From: the human T2T-CHM13v2.0 reference genome, Homo sapiens
NCBI RefSeq assembly: GCF_009914755.1
Contig: NC_060929.1
DNA: 64,000 bases
Direction: 5' to 3' (one strand)
The notes under the pieces were generated by a model. It had not been told where the DNA came from, did no database searches, and worked only from the letters and a program-made list of their open reading frames with translations. Within the stretch, counting starts at the first letter, position 1, and each line of letters starts with the position of its first letter. Positions 32,439-47,575 of this stretch are shown piece by piece. The translations under genes were made by a program, and so were the position numbers.

Positions 32439-34333
32439 GAGATGCAAATAAAAATGAGATGCCATTTTCTTCTACCACATTGGTGAAGACTAAAAAGACA
32501 ATACCCAGAATTGGTTGAAGAGATTTGGGAAAAAGGATTCTGCCTACGCTGCTGCTTGACACCATCTTTTTCTGTCTAAGGAATTTATCCTATAGATAAT
32601 ACTGATATTAGTGTATAATGATGTTCTGTATAGTGATGCTCATTGCAGTGTGGTTTGCAAGAGTAAAAAGCTGGAGTTAACCTAAATTTCTACAGAAGGG
32701 AAGTGCCTAAGAAATACTCAGTGGAATACTATGCAACTATGAAAAGATGAATTAGATTTATATGTACTGACAAGGAAAGATGACCAGAATATTTTAAAAC
32801 AAGTTAAAAACTTCATATAGTATGCTGCAATTTGTATTTAAAACAAAAATACTTGCATATAGATGCATAAAAACATCTGTAAGTCTACACAAGCAATCTT
32901 GGAAGTATGGGTATTTTTCGAGAAAAGCAGTTAAGTGAATGGTCAAGGTTTTTGGGGGGGACTTTAACTTTTTACTTTATACCTATTTTATGGTTGGGTT
33001 TTTCTTAAAACTAGAGGCATATATTTTTGTAATAAAGAAACTTACAAAAATTATCCTTGAGTTTTTAATTTATATTGTTTTGGTGTGTTCGCATATGTGT
33101 GTGTGTGTGTGCTTGAGTGTGTGTGAGGGTCCTTTCTGAAGGAAGGAGATACATTTTAAAAGGAATGGCCTTTTAAATGGCCTATTTTTCTATTTACTTT
33201 TGGGAGAAAAGAATATCGCCCAGCATTCCACATAACATTCTGGTAAACACATTCTTACACTCTTTTCATATTCATAACTTAAAGTTTTGTGTGTTTTTTT
33301 TTTTTGTGGGGGTGGCAAAGCAGTAAAAGAACATTATTAGAATTAAGATGGGTACAAATTTCAGTCAGATAATTTATTGGTTTTTGAATATTTTGATTTT
33401 TCTTTACAGACTAGAGATCACTAAATAAAGACGATTCTGAATGCACATTGAAAATTGGATGCTTGTTTATTGATAGTACATTTCATTGAATGCTTTTTCA
33501 AGGTTAATATAGAATAATTTTATGTCAGATCCTACCCTTTTTCTGCCTTTTGATTAATGAAATACACAATACATTTTGAAACCAGTTGCATAGGTATTTT
33601 TTATTGTTCTTTTGTGTGAGTTGAGATGTTTGATTTATGTAAGTGATTTTTGAAAGTATTTCAGTATTTGATAGGTCCTTAGTGTTGTTCTGAAGGAAGT
33701 TAAATTTTCAGTTTTAGGAATACTTGGAATTTGTTATCATACTTAGTTCTCTGAAGGATAATATTGCTCCATTGAGAAAATCTAAAATGTTCAAGAGACA
33801 GTGACAATAATGGAAGGTGAAAATGGCGGATTTGGGTTAAGCAAACATTTTCATTCTTTTTAAAGTCTTTAATTTCTTGCAACTCAGTTGTGTTACAAGT
33901 ACACCCTGGGATTGAAAAGGCTATCCTCATTATTTTTTTTCCACTTTGCATTGAGTTTCATCTATTTTGCGGTTGTGAGACTGATGCCTGCCTTTTTAGA
34001 AACATCAGGATGCCCTTGGAACATGTCCTTTAATAGAATTATTGCAATTAATTGAACAGTTTAAGTCATTATTGTTCTAAGTATGTCCTCACTGATTTTT
34101 AAGATTTTTATCCTGGGCCTCTTTTTTTTCCACAAAAATGGATAATCAATTGCTGTCTCAATTCTAACCCTATGAATGTTTCATATGGAAAGATATGGAC
34201 CAGCATCTCTTTCTGCTTACACTCATATTCACGGTTAAGAATGTGTGATTTCAGCTAGTAATGTGTTCAGTAATAGGCAGTGTAGGAATGACATGTTTTG
34301 TTTTATAAGAGTTGTCCCTTTGAAAAATCACAT

Positions 34334-34552
34334 GAGACCAGCCTGGGCAACATGGTGAAACCCTATCTCTACTAAAATGCAAAAATTAGCCGGGCGTAGT
34401 GGTACACCGCTGTAATCCCAGCTACTCAGGAGGCTGAGGCGGGAGAATCGCTTGAACCTGGGAGGTGGAGGCTGCAGGCTGCAGTGAGCCGAGATTGTAC
34501 CACTGTACTCCAGCCTGGGTGACAGAGCGAGAACCTGTCTCAAAAAAAAAAT
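34334..34552 (+). mobile_element. 5'-truncated Alu
   Basis: Starts at gagaccagcctgg; TSD aaaaatcacatga on both sides shows truncation happened at insertion. Confidence 0.9.
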
Positions 34553-36129
34553 CACATGACTGGATCTGTACTATTTCCACATGCTTTATATTTTTTTGTG
34601 TTAGACTGTAAATTTTCTTCACTGAGGCAAAATAAATTTGGTACCTTTATTTTAAGAAGCTTACTTACATATACATATGATAAAACAAACTCAGTGTTAG
34701 AAATTTTTATAGGGGCAATCATTAAACTCAAACTGTTGTTGACTTAAACTGTTATATTTAAGAGCACAAATATCCTAAAAATGAAAGATTATAGGTAACT
34801 ATAAATATCTTAGAAACAAAGCGGGTTATAGGCAGGTCTTTTTAAAAAGGTAGTAAACAGTATGAAACCCACAAAACCGTTTTTAGCTACCTTTCAAATT
34901 ACTGTGGTATAATTTTTAAAATAGTGCTTTGTCACAACAAAAAGGCTAATTTAGTTTTTGTGATTTATTAATTTTTTAACATGTAAATATTTGGGGATTA
35001 CTTTAAATTCAAAACCACGAACTGTTTCCCTCTTTAAGTGCATGTGCTTTGAAAAAATCAGTATCAAATGATAATTTGGAGAAAAGTGTTACTGAGTCTT
35101 GTCTTGTGAAGAGACGTTTTGTTTGTCAATCCTACCCAGATCTCAAAAGTAAAGTGTGTCTGTTAGATAAAAACCTGGTTGTCTTTTCAGTTTTTGCTTT
35201 CAGTGCCCTGTGTTCCTCTAAGAATATGCTTTGTACTTGCTTTTCAGTTCTTTAAAAATAGGACATTTCCTTATTTTTTTTCATCTAGAAAAGATCCCTA
35301 AAGCAAGCTTCAGAGACAATACGGTGCAAAATTCCTTGTCATTTTGAACTTTCAGCTGACTGAAAGATTGACTTTCAGCTGATAGTAAACTGTTGCTTGA
35401 GTATGCTAAATGTTTTATGTCTGCGGAATTCGCTTAACTAATTTTGTGTCAGCTAATGTATGTGTGTATATATGTCTACAAATATATATATGTGATGATG
35501 TCCACAGGTGAACAGAAAAGGAGACAAATTAACCCAGGTGTAATTTGAATGTTGTAACCACATGCATATTTCAGTGACCCCTCTGTACAGATCCACAGTT
35601 CATTTCTTCTTAAAATATGCTGAAAGAGGAAAGGTATTTTTGTAAATAAAATACTCTTGCATTATAGTTGTTATCTACTAGTGGAGCTATGGAGATTTCA
35701 GAGATAAAAAGATAACTTCAATTTCAGTTTTTCCCATTTTCCTGGTAAGAAAACTGAGGCCCAAACTCGTTGAGTAAATTGTTTAGAGTGGCATAGGAAA
35801 TGGCAAAGCCGTGTTGCTTATTTTTCCTACTGTTTGGGCCGTGTCTTAGTTTGGTAGTCTCTGAAATCAAGCATATTCTTGAATGTAACTTGAACTCTTT
35901 GGAGGGGTTATTTGGCTAACATTTATTGAATGTTAATAAATGTATTCCTAGATAGCATTTTAGTTTCAGGCTAAATTCTAATGGCTGCAGTGCAGTAGTG
36001 GTTCTAGCATGCTCAGTTCATGCTAGTGTAAAACATTTGTGGATATTTGGAAATCGTAGTAATGTTTGAGATTAAAGTTCAGAAAAAGGATTGTTAACTA
36101 CAAAACTGTATTACAGCTGTGTGATTATA

Positions 36130-36713
36130 CAGCAAGTCCTTGAATAACATTGTGTCACTATGTCATTGATGAGAAAATAAAAAAGTCAGTTCTGGCCAGG
36201 GCCATTATCTTGGGTGGAGTTTGCATGGTCGGCCTGTGTCTACGTGGGTTTTCTTTGGGTACTCTGGTTTCCTCCTACATCCCAAAGATGTGCACCTTAA
36301 GGCAAATTGTCCCATCTAAATGGCCCCAGTCTGAATGAGTGTGGGTGTGTGTGAGTGTGCCCTACAATGGGGGTGGCATCCCATCCAGGGTGGGTTCCTG
36401 CCTTTCTCCCTGAGCTGCTGGGACAGGCTCTGGCCACCTGCTACCTTGAACTGGAATAACTGGGTGAAGAATTACCTTGTTTTTATTAATCGTCGTAAAA
36501 TGTATGTACATCTCACATTCATTTCAATGTTTAATATTAGAAGTGTTGTGGTCTTTATTTAGAAGTTTGGTGATGTTTTTGTGACCAGAAATATGCCATA
36601 GGAAATTACTGTTTATGTCAATTAGCCTATGATAAATTGGTTTTGTAATATGTCATTTTGATTACAGTCATTTTCCGAGAACCTATTGATGGCATTAAGT
36701 GGAGGACTTGCTG
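36130..36713. mobile_element. MER6A-like TcMar-Tigger non-autonomous element carrying a V-SINE domain
   Basis: Terminal inverted repeats cagcaagtcct ... aggacttgctg, TA on the left flank; internal gtggagtttgcatg...cgtgggttttct...ggtttcctcctacatcccaaagatgtgc. Confidence 0.8.
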
Positions 36714-36970
36714 TTACATGAATGTATACATATACCCATATAATAAAGAATTTGCTGAAAGTTTGAAGTGCTGATACAGAACAACAGAAGTTTGCTCTCA
36801 ACTTAGTGTATATATGAAAACTTCTCCAGTATTGTTTGTATTTGACCAGGTTTTTAAAATATAATTTATTGTTTTTGTCAACGTGCCTCCTCCTCCTTCA
36901 CCGGTAAATAGTATACACATAATCCTTCAGGATGTACCTATACATATATGTACTTCTTTCACATAAATGA

Positions 36971-37308
<338 letters not shown>

Positions 37309-37409
37309 TTTAAAGCCTTTTGTATGACTTGGGGCAGTTCTTCACTGAACCAGCTGGATGTGATTTATGGTGAGACTCTTTAACACTTCTACAACATTTA
37401 CTAATAGTA

Positions 37410-37606
37410 AGAGTAATAACAACTAACATTTCATAGCACTTAACCAGGTGCCAAATACTGCCCTGGAATATAATCAGAAGAAGTGAGTAAGACCTACTGA
37501 GAGTATATTCCACTTCCCTCATTTCCTTTTGTGTTTCTTAACAGCCATATGAGTTAGGGACCATTATTGTTTCCGTTTTACAGATGAGGAAACCGAAACA
37601 CAGGGA
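37410..37606 (-). mobile_element. MIR SINE containing a 56-bp non-MIR insert
   Basis: aactaacatttcatagcactt...gtgcca and ttttacagatgaggaaaccga. Confidence 0.7.
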
Positions 37607-39015
37607 AAAAAGTAGAAATAACTTTTATTGCTGTTAAAAACAGAGCCAGACACATGCAGCCTCTTTGGTTGGTGCTCAAGCAATACTGTCCATGATGCAT
37701 CATCATTACCTATTCCAGAAGGTTTAGCTTTACAGTGTGTTGCTACTTTCTAGAGTGACTTTCACAGTGGCCTGGATTTTAAATTGTGATCAAAGGTATC
37801 ATTTTAAAATGTTATTTTTTTCCAATTGAGAGGATTTATTTAAAAATCATAAGGATATTTACACATATTAGGATTTAAAAAAATTTTGGTTGTCTTAAAA
37901 TGGACATACTATAATATTGATCATCTTAACCATTTTTGTGTGTGTGGTTCAGCAGTGTTAAGTACATTTACATTGTTACGCAAATAATCTCCAGAACTCT
38001 AAAATTTTACTTGAAAAACTACTACATTAAAAAAAAATGTCTTTTAGGAATGAATTTCAGCTTTGGAGGATGGTTGTGTTGGGTGATTTTGATCATCTTC
38101 CATGAGATGTTAAGTTTTGAAAGAGAAATTAACTTGCAGGTTAGATCTAATCGTATATATGCAGCAAAGTTAGGTTTTCAAAATATATTTGAGAAATTAA
38201 ATATCTCATTTTAAGGTCCTTTTAAAATGTTACAATTATATTATTTCTTGTTGCTGGTAAAGAGATTTGACATTCTTTGAAAGATAGGGTTTTATCTGTG
38301 CAATTCCTGAATGCTGATGTTAATTGGAAGGATGCAGTAGAACCTGTCAGTACATTTAAACTCTTACTAACTGAATAAGCTGATCAGATACTTTGGAAGC
38401 TCATTGAGTGAATTAATGTGCTTAAAACTCAGGTGACTGGTTCCCTATTCCTGCCTTGAGAGTCTGTTTACTTAAAGTATTTTTCATTGTTAGTTGGTAT
38501 CAGATCTCTAATGTTGGAAGATTTTATAGAGAAAATATACATGAGAAGATACCATGTAGAATAAGTCCACAAAAGCAAGTTTTAAATTCTCTTACGTAAT
38601 TACAATCAGTACAGATTAGAATTTTGTATACGCCAGGTTGTATGTGATAAATGTTTGCTGATAGTTACTAGCATTTTTATGAGTGTAGTACTGTGTAGGG
38701 ATTCTGTAATTTAGGTATAAGGGGCATACCTGGAGTCTTTTCTGGTGTGGCTGTAGGTCTTTGTTGGTAGAGGCCTGGTCATGCTGAACCTTTACTCCTG
38801 CTGCTACCTTTTCTATTAACTCATTTCTACAAAGAATATTGTGATTTTTATAATAAGTACTTGTCATAAAATAAGATTCTAAAACCCAAATATCATGTTT
38901 GTAATCTAGTTGTTTTATGTGAGCAAACTTTTAAATATGTAATATGTTAGCCCTGTTCCTTTATGACTTTGTTTTTTAGTGTTCTGCAAGTTTCCTTATC
39001 CTTAGCACTTTGGAC

Positions 39016-39391
<376 letters not shown>

Positions 39392-41036
39392 TAATTTTTG
39401 TCTGATATACGTTCAGCCCAGTGAACTAGCCAGTCTTTTCACGATTGTGGTTTATACTTTTCTCTAGACAGTGGTGAAGCTGATGAGTGAAATGACCAAT
39501 GGCTGCTTTGTGATGATGGCAGGGTAGAATCAAGTGAGACTTGAGGGCAGCAGGTGCGGAAGACTGTGAACTCAACTTGCCTCACAGCTCCAGTTTGTTC
39601 TTTCTTTCTTTCCTTTCTTCCCTCATTTTCTTTCTTCTTTTCCTCTGTCCTTTCCTTTCTTGGGGATGGGGTGAGGGAAGGGAGGAGAAAGGAGTGTGTG
39701 GTAGAAAAGAAGACAAATCAGAAGAGATAAGTAATACCTACTGAGAGTATATTCCATTTCCCTCATTCCCTCCAGTTGTCCCCCTCTTCCTCCAATCACC
39801 CTTTAGGGAAATAAAGTTGAGGTCAGAAGGACCTATGTGTTACAGCTGCTGCTTAGCTGCTATTTTTAGCATGGCCCTACATCAGGCTGGCACCAGGCCA
39901 CGACGGCACAGGGTCAGCACGTTGTGGGACTGCTGGTAAATGTCAAAAACTTAACTTTCAGATATCAAACAAAACTAAATTTCAGACATATTCTGTGCTG
40001 TGGTACTCTATTTGCTTTTATTTTTTCTGAAATAGGATGTACATGTTTTTAGAAGTGATTGATCTTTAATAGTAGCCATACATAAATCTTGGAATATGTA
40101 ATGTATAGTTTATTTTAGGTAGGAGAAAGATTTAAGAATTGTCTTGTCAGGTCAGACGTGTAATCCAGCTCAATACTTTTCATTTTGCGGTGCCACCAAG
40201 AGGTGTGAAATTTGCCTGATTTATTTACTATGCCTCGGGGGTTCTTAAAATTGCTGTAGCTGTTGAAGTTGTGGAGTCTGAATTAGTTTATATAATTATA
40301 GGTGCCATCAGACATTAAAAAGAAACACATACTGTTTTTCCTACAGTTATCCCTGTTCTCTTGGCTAACTCATTTGTGTGTGTTTAGATTTGGTTAATAC
40401 TCTAGTAATATATTTAAAACTTACTGTTCATTTTTGTAGGGAGCAGCTAGGTTTTAGTTGAAATATTAGTATCTGGGTCTAGATTCTATACACCCTAGAG
40501 CCAGTGTTATGTAGATTGTGTTTGCAAATTGAGTTTAAAGTTTTTGGATGCATATATGAATTTAAGAATGTGGCTATCTGTAAATATGTTGTATTTGTTC
40601 TTGAGTAATTTTGGAAAGAAAAATGTCACAAGGTGAATTTGTATCTTTGGAAGGGACTTTAGTAAGAATAGTAATTGTATTCTTTCTATAAAGGTACATA
40701 GAAAAACTGAGGGCATGTTGGGGATGATTTGTGTTGTACCATGAGCTACACTGAATACAAATGGAAACGCTGATGATTATTTGCTTATCCAGTGAGTAGT
40801 GGTGTAATGTTCTTAAATCCATCAGATGGCAGGATAACGTTTAGTAGTGCAATGATCTGACACCCTTCTTAAGGTAACACAAACTAATTGGCCCAAATAA
40901 CTAGAAATGGAATCAAACTGATTTTCTTCACATTATCTTTAAGGTAGTTATTGGATGAATTCTGCTGAATTTACTCTTATGGAAATAAGAAAGCTTATGT
41001 TGAGGGATTTAGTGAAAGGTGAATTGCTTGGTCTAG

Positions 41037-41449
<413 letters not shown>

Positions 41450-42255
41450 TAGGAAACATAGTGAATATCTTGGGGATAGAATATCAAGTTCATTGAACTA
41501 TATCATAGTGTAATCTTTCTGTAGTTAGAGGTTATAGTAGATAATTCAAAAGTGGCCTGGAGATAGATTGTCAGCTGACCTATTGATATCAATGTATCTC
41601 TCTAGATATGTGTATATGTATAATTTAATATGATGCATAGAACATTGTAGAGTACTGGATGTTAGTGGGTAAGAGACTACCTTTTGTATCTTTAATGCAA
41701 TTTACGTTTTGTTTAGGTGAGTCATGTAAATTGATGTGAGCTCTAGCTTAACATGCCTTATTAAAACCAAAGCCCAGTAGGTAGTTTGATTAGTGCTGTT
41801 TAGAGTTTTTATAAGCAAAGTGCTCAGATGACTTTCCTTATTAGAACTTGTCAGAGCAGTTTCTTTGCAGTTTTCATGGATCTCCCTTAGCAACTTACTA
41901 AAGAGGCATTTTGTTTAAGCTGTTTCATAAATAGCAGGAAATTCCAAAGGCCTGGATTGTATTGCATTTTTGCTTTCAATAATGACTACTACTGTGGGGG
42001 AAAAAGCCGTTAAAATACTCTATTCATTTTAACAATTTGTAGCAAAGTACTTTTATTTTAAAATGGATGAATTTTTTAAAAAAGTACAGATTCAAGTTTC
42101 ATTCAAGGTTTTCACTGTTTTCATTAAAATTTTTTGTAGTTTATATTTTAGATGTGTTAGACAACAATTAGTGATATAATAGCTAGTAACTATGAGTTTA
42201 TTCAAAATTTACTGTTATGTAATTGGGTATGAATTTGTTTCAGTAGCTCATAGCT

Positions 42256-43060
42256 ACTCCGTGTGGCATTTTGCTGAGTGAATTGTACCCATCCCTAAAT
42301 TACCAAGTTACGCAAAGAGGAGCTGACCTTGAACAACATCTGGCAGTATTACGTGTTGTGCAAGAACAGGAAAGACAAATACCAAGCTCTGTGCAACATT
42401 TATGGTGGCATCACCATTGGCTAGGCCATCATCTTCTGTCAGACTCATTGAAATGCCAAGTGGTTGATCATGGAGATGATGCAGGCTGGCCACCAGGTGT
42501 CTTTGTTAAGTGGAGAGCTGACCATGGAGCAGTGAGTTTCCATCATTTGGAAGTTTCAGGATGAGAAGTTTCTCATACCAACAAATGTTTGCACTGGAGG
42601 GATTGATGTGAAGCAAGTCACCATTGTTGTGAACTTGGATCTCCCTGTAAACCAAGCAGAGGAGCCAGACTATGAGACCTACCTCTGGTGCATAGGGGGC
42701 ACAGGACAGCTCTAGGAGAAAAAGGCCTCACCTACAACATTATTGAAGCAAATAAGCTGTGCGTGCTTATGAAAATCCAGGACCACTTCAAATTTAAGCA
42801 TCTGGACCACAAAGATGTGGAAGAAATGGAATATATAGAATATTAAAGAGAAAACTGTATTGTTTGTGAAAATATCCTAATTTATGATAGAATGTCCTGG
42901 TGAGTTTTGAAGATAAGTTTTCATGCTGAAAACGTCCACTTTTCGACATGAAACTCACAAACGGCAAAATAAGTGTCATAGTACCCTTGGTTTTAAGACC
43001 TGAAGTATTTTTGAAACCAAGTTGATGTTAAGCATGTGATCTTTTTGAATTAAAAAAAAG
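42256..43060 (+). pseudogene. DDX25: 5'-truncated processed pseudogene of DDX25 (GRTH; DEAD-box helicase C-terminal domain plus 3'UTR)
   Basis: Manual translation SVWHFAE*...KLRKEELTLNNIWQYYVLCKNRKDKYQALCNIYGGITIG*AIIFCQTH*NAKWL..GHQVSLLSGELTMEQ*..TNVCTGGIDVKQVTIVVNLDLPVNQAEEPDYETYL..MKIQDHF..EYIEY* matches the DDX25 C-terminus. Intronless; stops at 42279, 42422, 42449, 42533, 42713; frameshifts; native stop TAA 42844; ATTAAA 43049 followed by an A-run. Confidence 0.9.
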
Positions 43061-43069
43061 CAAGATTTG

Positions 43070-43374
<305 letters not shown>

Positions 43375-45824
43375 TTAAAAAAGAATGTAGTTTGTATTTT
43401 TAAAATAGCATACGTAGGATGAGTCTTGGTGGTAGTGGGTTAAGCCATGGTGGATTAAGCTCTGAAAAACCAAAAAATTCATGTAGCCGTATTTAGATAT
43501 AGAGAGTTCTCACCCCTACCTCCATTCAGGTATTTGTACTTCATTGGGCTGCTTATTTAATATTCTTGTATAAAAACTTTTCACATCTAGATTTTCCCCC
43601 TTCATACTTCCTGTTAAAGATAGGAAACATTATAGTTCAGAATGTAATCTGTAAAAAGTTCAGTATATGACAGTCTATTTTAGGGTCGTTTCAGGGATTT
43701 ATTGGCTTTACCACATTTAAACTGCTAGTTTAAAAATTTATGAGTTGCTGTTTTCCTCTTCGATCCTTTACAATTGTGCAACAATTAATTTTCTCTTCCT
43801 CTTTTGTTTCCCTTGTCTTAGAATTGAGCTTTGAACCCAACTCTTTCAGGAAGCCTTATTTAATAATCCTAAAACATTCTATGTCTTAGATTCATACTGT
43901 TTCTTCTTAAAAATCTGTAATAGTAAACCAGATCCATTTAGATAATCTGGCTTCCTTTCTAGATTGAGGGGCATTCTGTCTCTCCAGTGAATGTGGGTAG
44001 AACAATCCCTTCTGTAAGGGATTGTTGTGGAGACTGACCCTCGCCTGATTCACGGTCTTTTCCAAATTTGAGAACACAGCTGTGGAACTCATCGTTAATG
44101 TAAAAATCGGAGAAAATGAGGGACAGTTTTTTTTAATGAGAAATCAGAATATCCTTTGTAGGATTGTAGATTTCTAAGCATCTTTGATGAAGGAAGCATC
44201 AGTTGTCTAATCAAATTGAATCAAAATATGGAGTGCTAACAGATGTAAAAATACTCTACCATACACTGTTATGGAGTAGTCATTTTGAATTTATCATTGT
44301 TTAGCAGGTATTTCTAGTCTTGTTTTTTTGGGGTGAGAATTACAGAGCATTTAAATACAAAGTCTTTTTTTGGAGTGAAAGATGAATCTGCTAGTTTGAA
44401 AAAAAATTCTGGCAAATTTTAAATCTAGAACAGCCAACTACTGTATTAACAGTGCCAGTGCATTATATGCATAGTAGACATTGAAATGTCACTTGAATGA
44501 ATGATAGCCTTAGAGTATATGCCAGCCCTGTGGGTGTCTGCATGAAATTCTCTTAATTGAAAAAAATAGCTCCAGTTTCTAATTTCTATTTGATTTTCTG
44601 AATGTGAATTGCTGTGGCATAGTCTTTGAGGGAGGTGAATAGGAATATGACTGCTGGATAAGTAGGCTGGTTTTCAGTACTGGGTTTGTCATCAATATAT
44701 TTCTCCAAATACCGTGTAGGGTTTCTTTTTTTTTTCTTCTCATTTGACGAGACCTTTTCTTTAAGCTTGTTAACTTGCTAGTAGTAGCATCAGGCCAAAA
44801 GCTATTCTGAAAGCAATTTATTTATTAGATGATTCCAACTTCTAAACAGAAAGTAACTTGAATATTCCCATATAGAACAGTACTTTTGGGTTACCTAGAA
44901 AAATAATTTTGAATTATAAATGCCTTTGTGGGATTAAGTGATTGCTTTTTCCTTCTATTTGATGTTTCATTTTTAAAAGAAATTGGTATAACTAAGTTTA
45001 GTTTTTGAAAACTCTCCCTCTCACAGATGATATGCAAAAAAAACACATAACTTCAGAATATCCCACAAGATCTTACACATTGTGAAATGACACTGTCTAA
45101 TTAATAGGAATGGTTTGCTACACTGGTCTCCAAAATGCTGATGACTTTCTCTTGAGGTAGAATTTGCTTAAGACTCAATTTGCATAACATGGGGTACTCC
45201 AGAGCAGTTTTCTGAACAATAATTTAACAATAGGGCTGTACTCTCAGTGCTTGGCCCCTGAGAGGGCTGGGTTATCCAGATATTGTGTGACCACCTGTTC
45301 CCATTTGTCCAGTCAGTCTTGGCTTATGTCTCTTTTCCTATACAGTCACCTCTTTCACTTGTACAAGTGTTCCAGTTTGGATAATAAAGTCTATGGTTAC
45401 CCTAGGCATACATCTTGTTTCTCAGAAGGAAGAGGGCAAGATATAAATCAGTTTAGAATTGTGCGCTATGTGCACTTGTGTGTATAGGGAGAGAGTAAGA
45501 GAGGGAAGGTGGTGTTTTTTGGGATTGAAAGGTGACCTTTGGCTTATTTCTGGTCTCCGTCAGTGGGCTCTCCTCAATCTTTCATATATAGGAGATACAT
45601 TTCTGTCTGTATCTCCTATTCAGACGAAAAGGAAGCAGTTAAGAGATTCTCAGTCTCCATGGGTTTGATGTCACCACCCCTGATTTTTTTTCTCAATTTA
45701 AAGATATGTAAATTTTATATTCTTATTTGAAGTTGTATTGTTTTAGCAATCTTAGATTGTTGTTCACAGGTACTGCTTTCATTTTAGGTACTTGCACTTA
45801 AGTAACGTATCATTTGCTAATCAC

Positions 45825-46020
45825 ATGGTCAGGAGCTTGGGGAAGATACCTGAGCCATTAGGAGGCGTCTTGTCTTACTATCCGTGTGCCTCTAGGCAGG
45901 ACACTTACTGGCCCTGAACTTCCTCAAGTCCTTATAAAATGGGACTAATTATATCTTTATCACCTCTGTCGTAAGGCTGCTAAGAGGCTCACATGGGAAT
46001 ACATGAAAGTATTTGAATTC
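45825..46020 (+). mobile_element. MIR SINE
   Basis: ggcaggacacttac...cctgaacttcctc...taaaatgggactaat. Confidence 0.55.
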
Positions 46021-47059
46021 TAAATAGTACACAAAAGGGAAATAGATTGTTACACATCACTCCAGTTTTACCTAATTTCCTTCATTTATTCTTCTAGTTT
46101 TCTGTATTTTTCAAAAACTCTGTAATCATATATTGATTTCATAATTAGAGAAAGGAAACATTGTTTTAAAAAAATCTGTCTCATTACCATTAAAACACAA
46201 ATTTCTCTATCCACAGATATATTTTTGTTAATAGTTTATTATAATTGTTGCCTGATCTAGTGCAGCTAAACAGAGCATGTTTTTTATTCATCGAGGTGTA
46301 TCATGCCTTAATGTCCTAATTTCTCCCTTGTTTTTGACCCTAGTGACTAATGAATTTTTGTCTTCACTTGGAACTCTAGAATTTGCCTGAAAATGGAAAA
46401 GGGACAGCTAAAATCAATTCTATGTTATTCATGTGTAGAATGGACAGTTGTGGGCTGACCTCATCACTTAGGGTTTAGTTTCCAGGCTTCCCTGAATATG
46501 TACCATGGCAAGTGGAAGATGGAAGAAGATAGAACAACTCTTAGATTTATGTTTGTGAATTCCTTATGTCATATGACTGCACTAAGATCTACATTCCCTT
46601 CTTTTGGAAACTTTCATTAATAAATGAAGAGAGTTGGTTAGCATTTCCCCCAATTTAAAGATTTACAAATAAATTATTCAGAAAAATAATTTCAAATAAA
46701 ATTTTAAGGGCTTATTATGAACTCAAATCTTACTTGTGGTTTTTTCAATTGTATTTTTGGGTATTCTCATAAATCCTTGCCTTGGAAAGTTGTGGTGATA
46801 TGACCCAGACTACCTATTCCACATTCTATTTTTGCTATCACAGTTTAATATTTTCAGTGAAGTTTAGACTGGATTAGCCATCACATCAAGCATTTCCCCC
46901 CTTTCTGACCTGTTAGTGTCCTTTCTGCACTTCTAATTTGTACCATAGAGCGCCATTAAAAAAATTTTATATGCTATGTTTGTACACACATGCATGTGTA
47001 AGAGTGGACTTTGTGTATGTATAAGAGTGTTAATCAGCTTGCAAACTTTAGACAGGCAG

Positions 47060-47575
47060 GGCTCAGCTCTTAGAATCTATATTGCAGCCAGGATGGTGTT
47101 GTTCATACCTACCCTGTGCAGAACCTTCAGTGGCGTCCCTTTGTTCAGAGGCCTGAAGTCATTCATGGGTGTACAAGGCCCAGCATGGTCTGGCCTGGAC
47201 CCTCAGCCACCTTCTGCACAATGTCCTCTCCTGCCTTTCAGATGTGTCTAGGCTGCCCTGCTACCTGCCTTTGCCTATGTTCTTTTTTCTGTCTGGAATG
47301 CTCTTCTGTGCTTGGTTCATGCCCTAATTGTCATCTTGGCTCAGAGAAATAATCCTGGCAACAAATTACCTCCTTTGAATCCTAATCATAGTTTTTTGTG
47401 TGATTTTTCTTTTTTGGATTGTCCTCTCCCATGAGATTGTAGGCTCCAGGAGAGCAGAAACTGTAAATATGTGTGTGAATATGTATATGTACATCTGTTT
47501 GTATCCATGGCTATCAGTATAACCATTTGCACATAGTTGTCTCTCAATAAAAGTTTGTTGAATAAATGGATGAAG
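47060..47575 (+). mobile_element. L2 LINE 3' fragment
   Basis: ctggaatgctctt, agattgtaggctccaggagagcagaaactg, ctcaataaaagtttgttgaataaatgga. Confidence 0.75.

Noticed and set aside
42271-42564. 97-aa ORF as a novel gene
   Set aside because: It is an off-frame reading of the DDX25 pseudogene.
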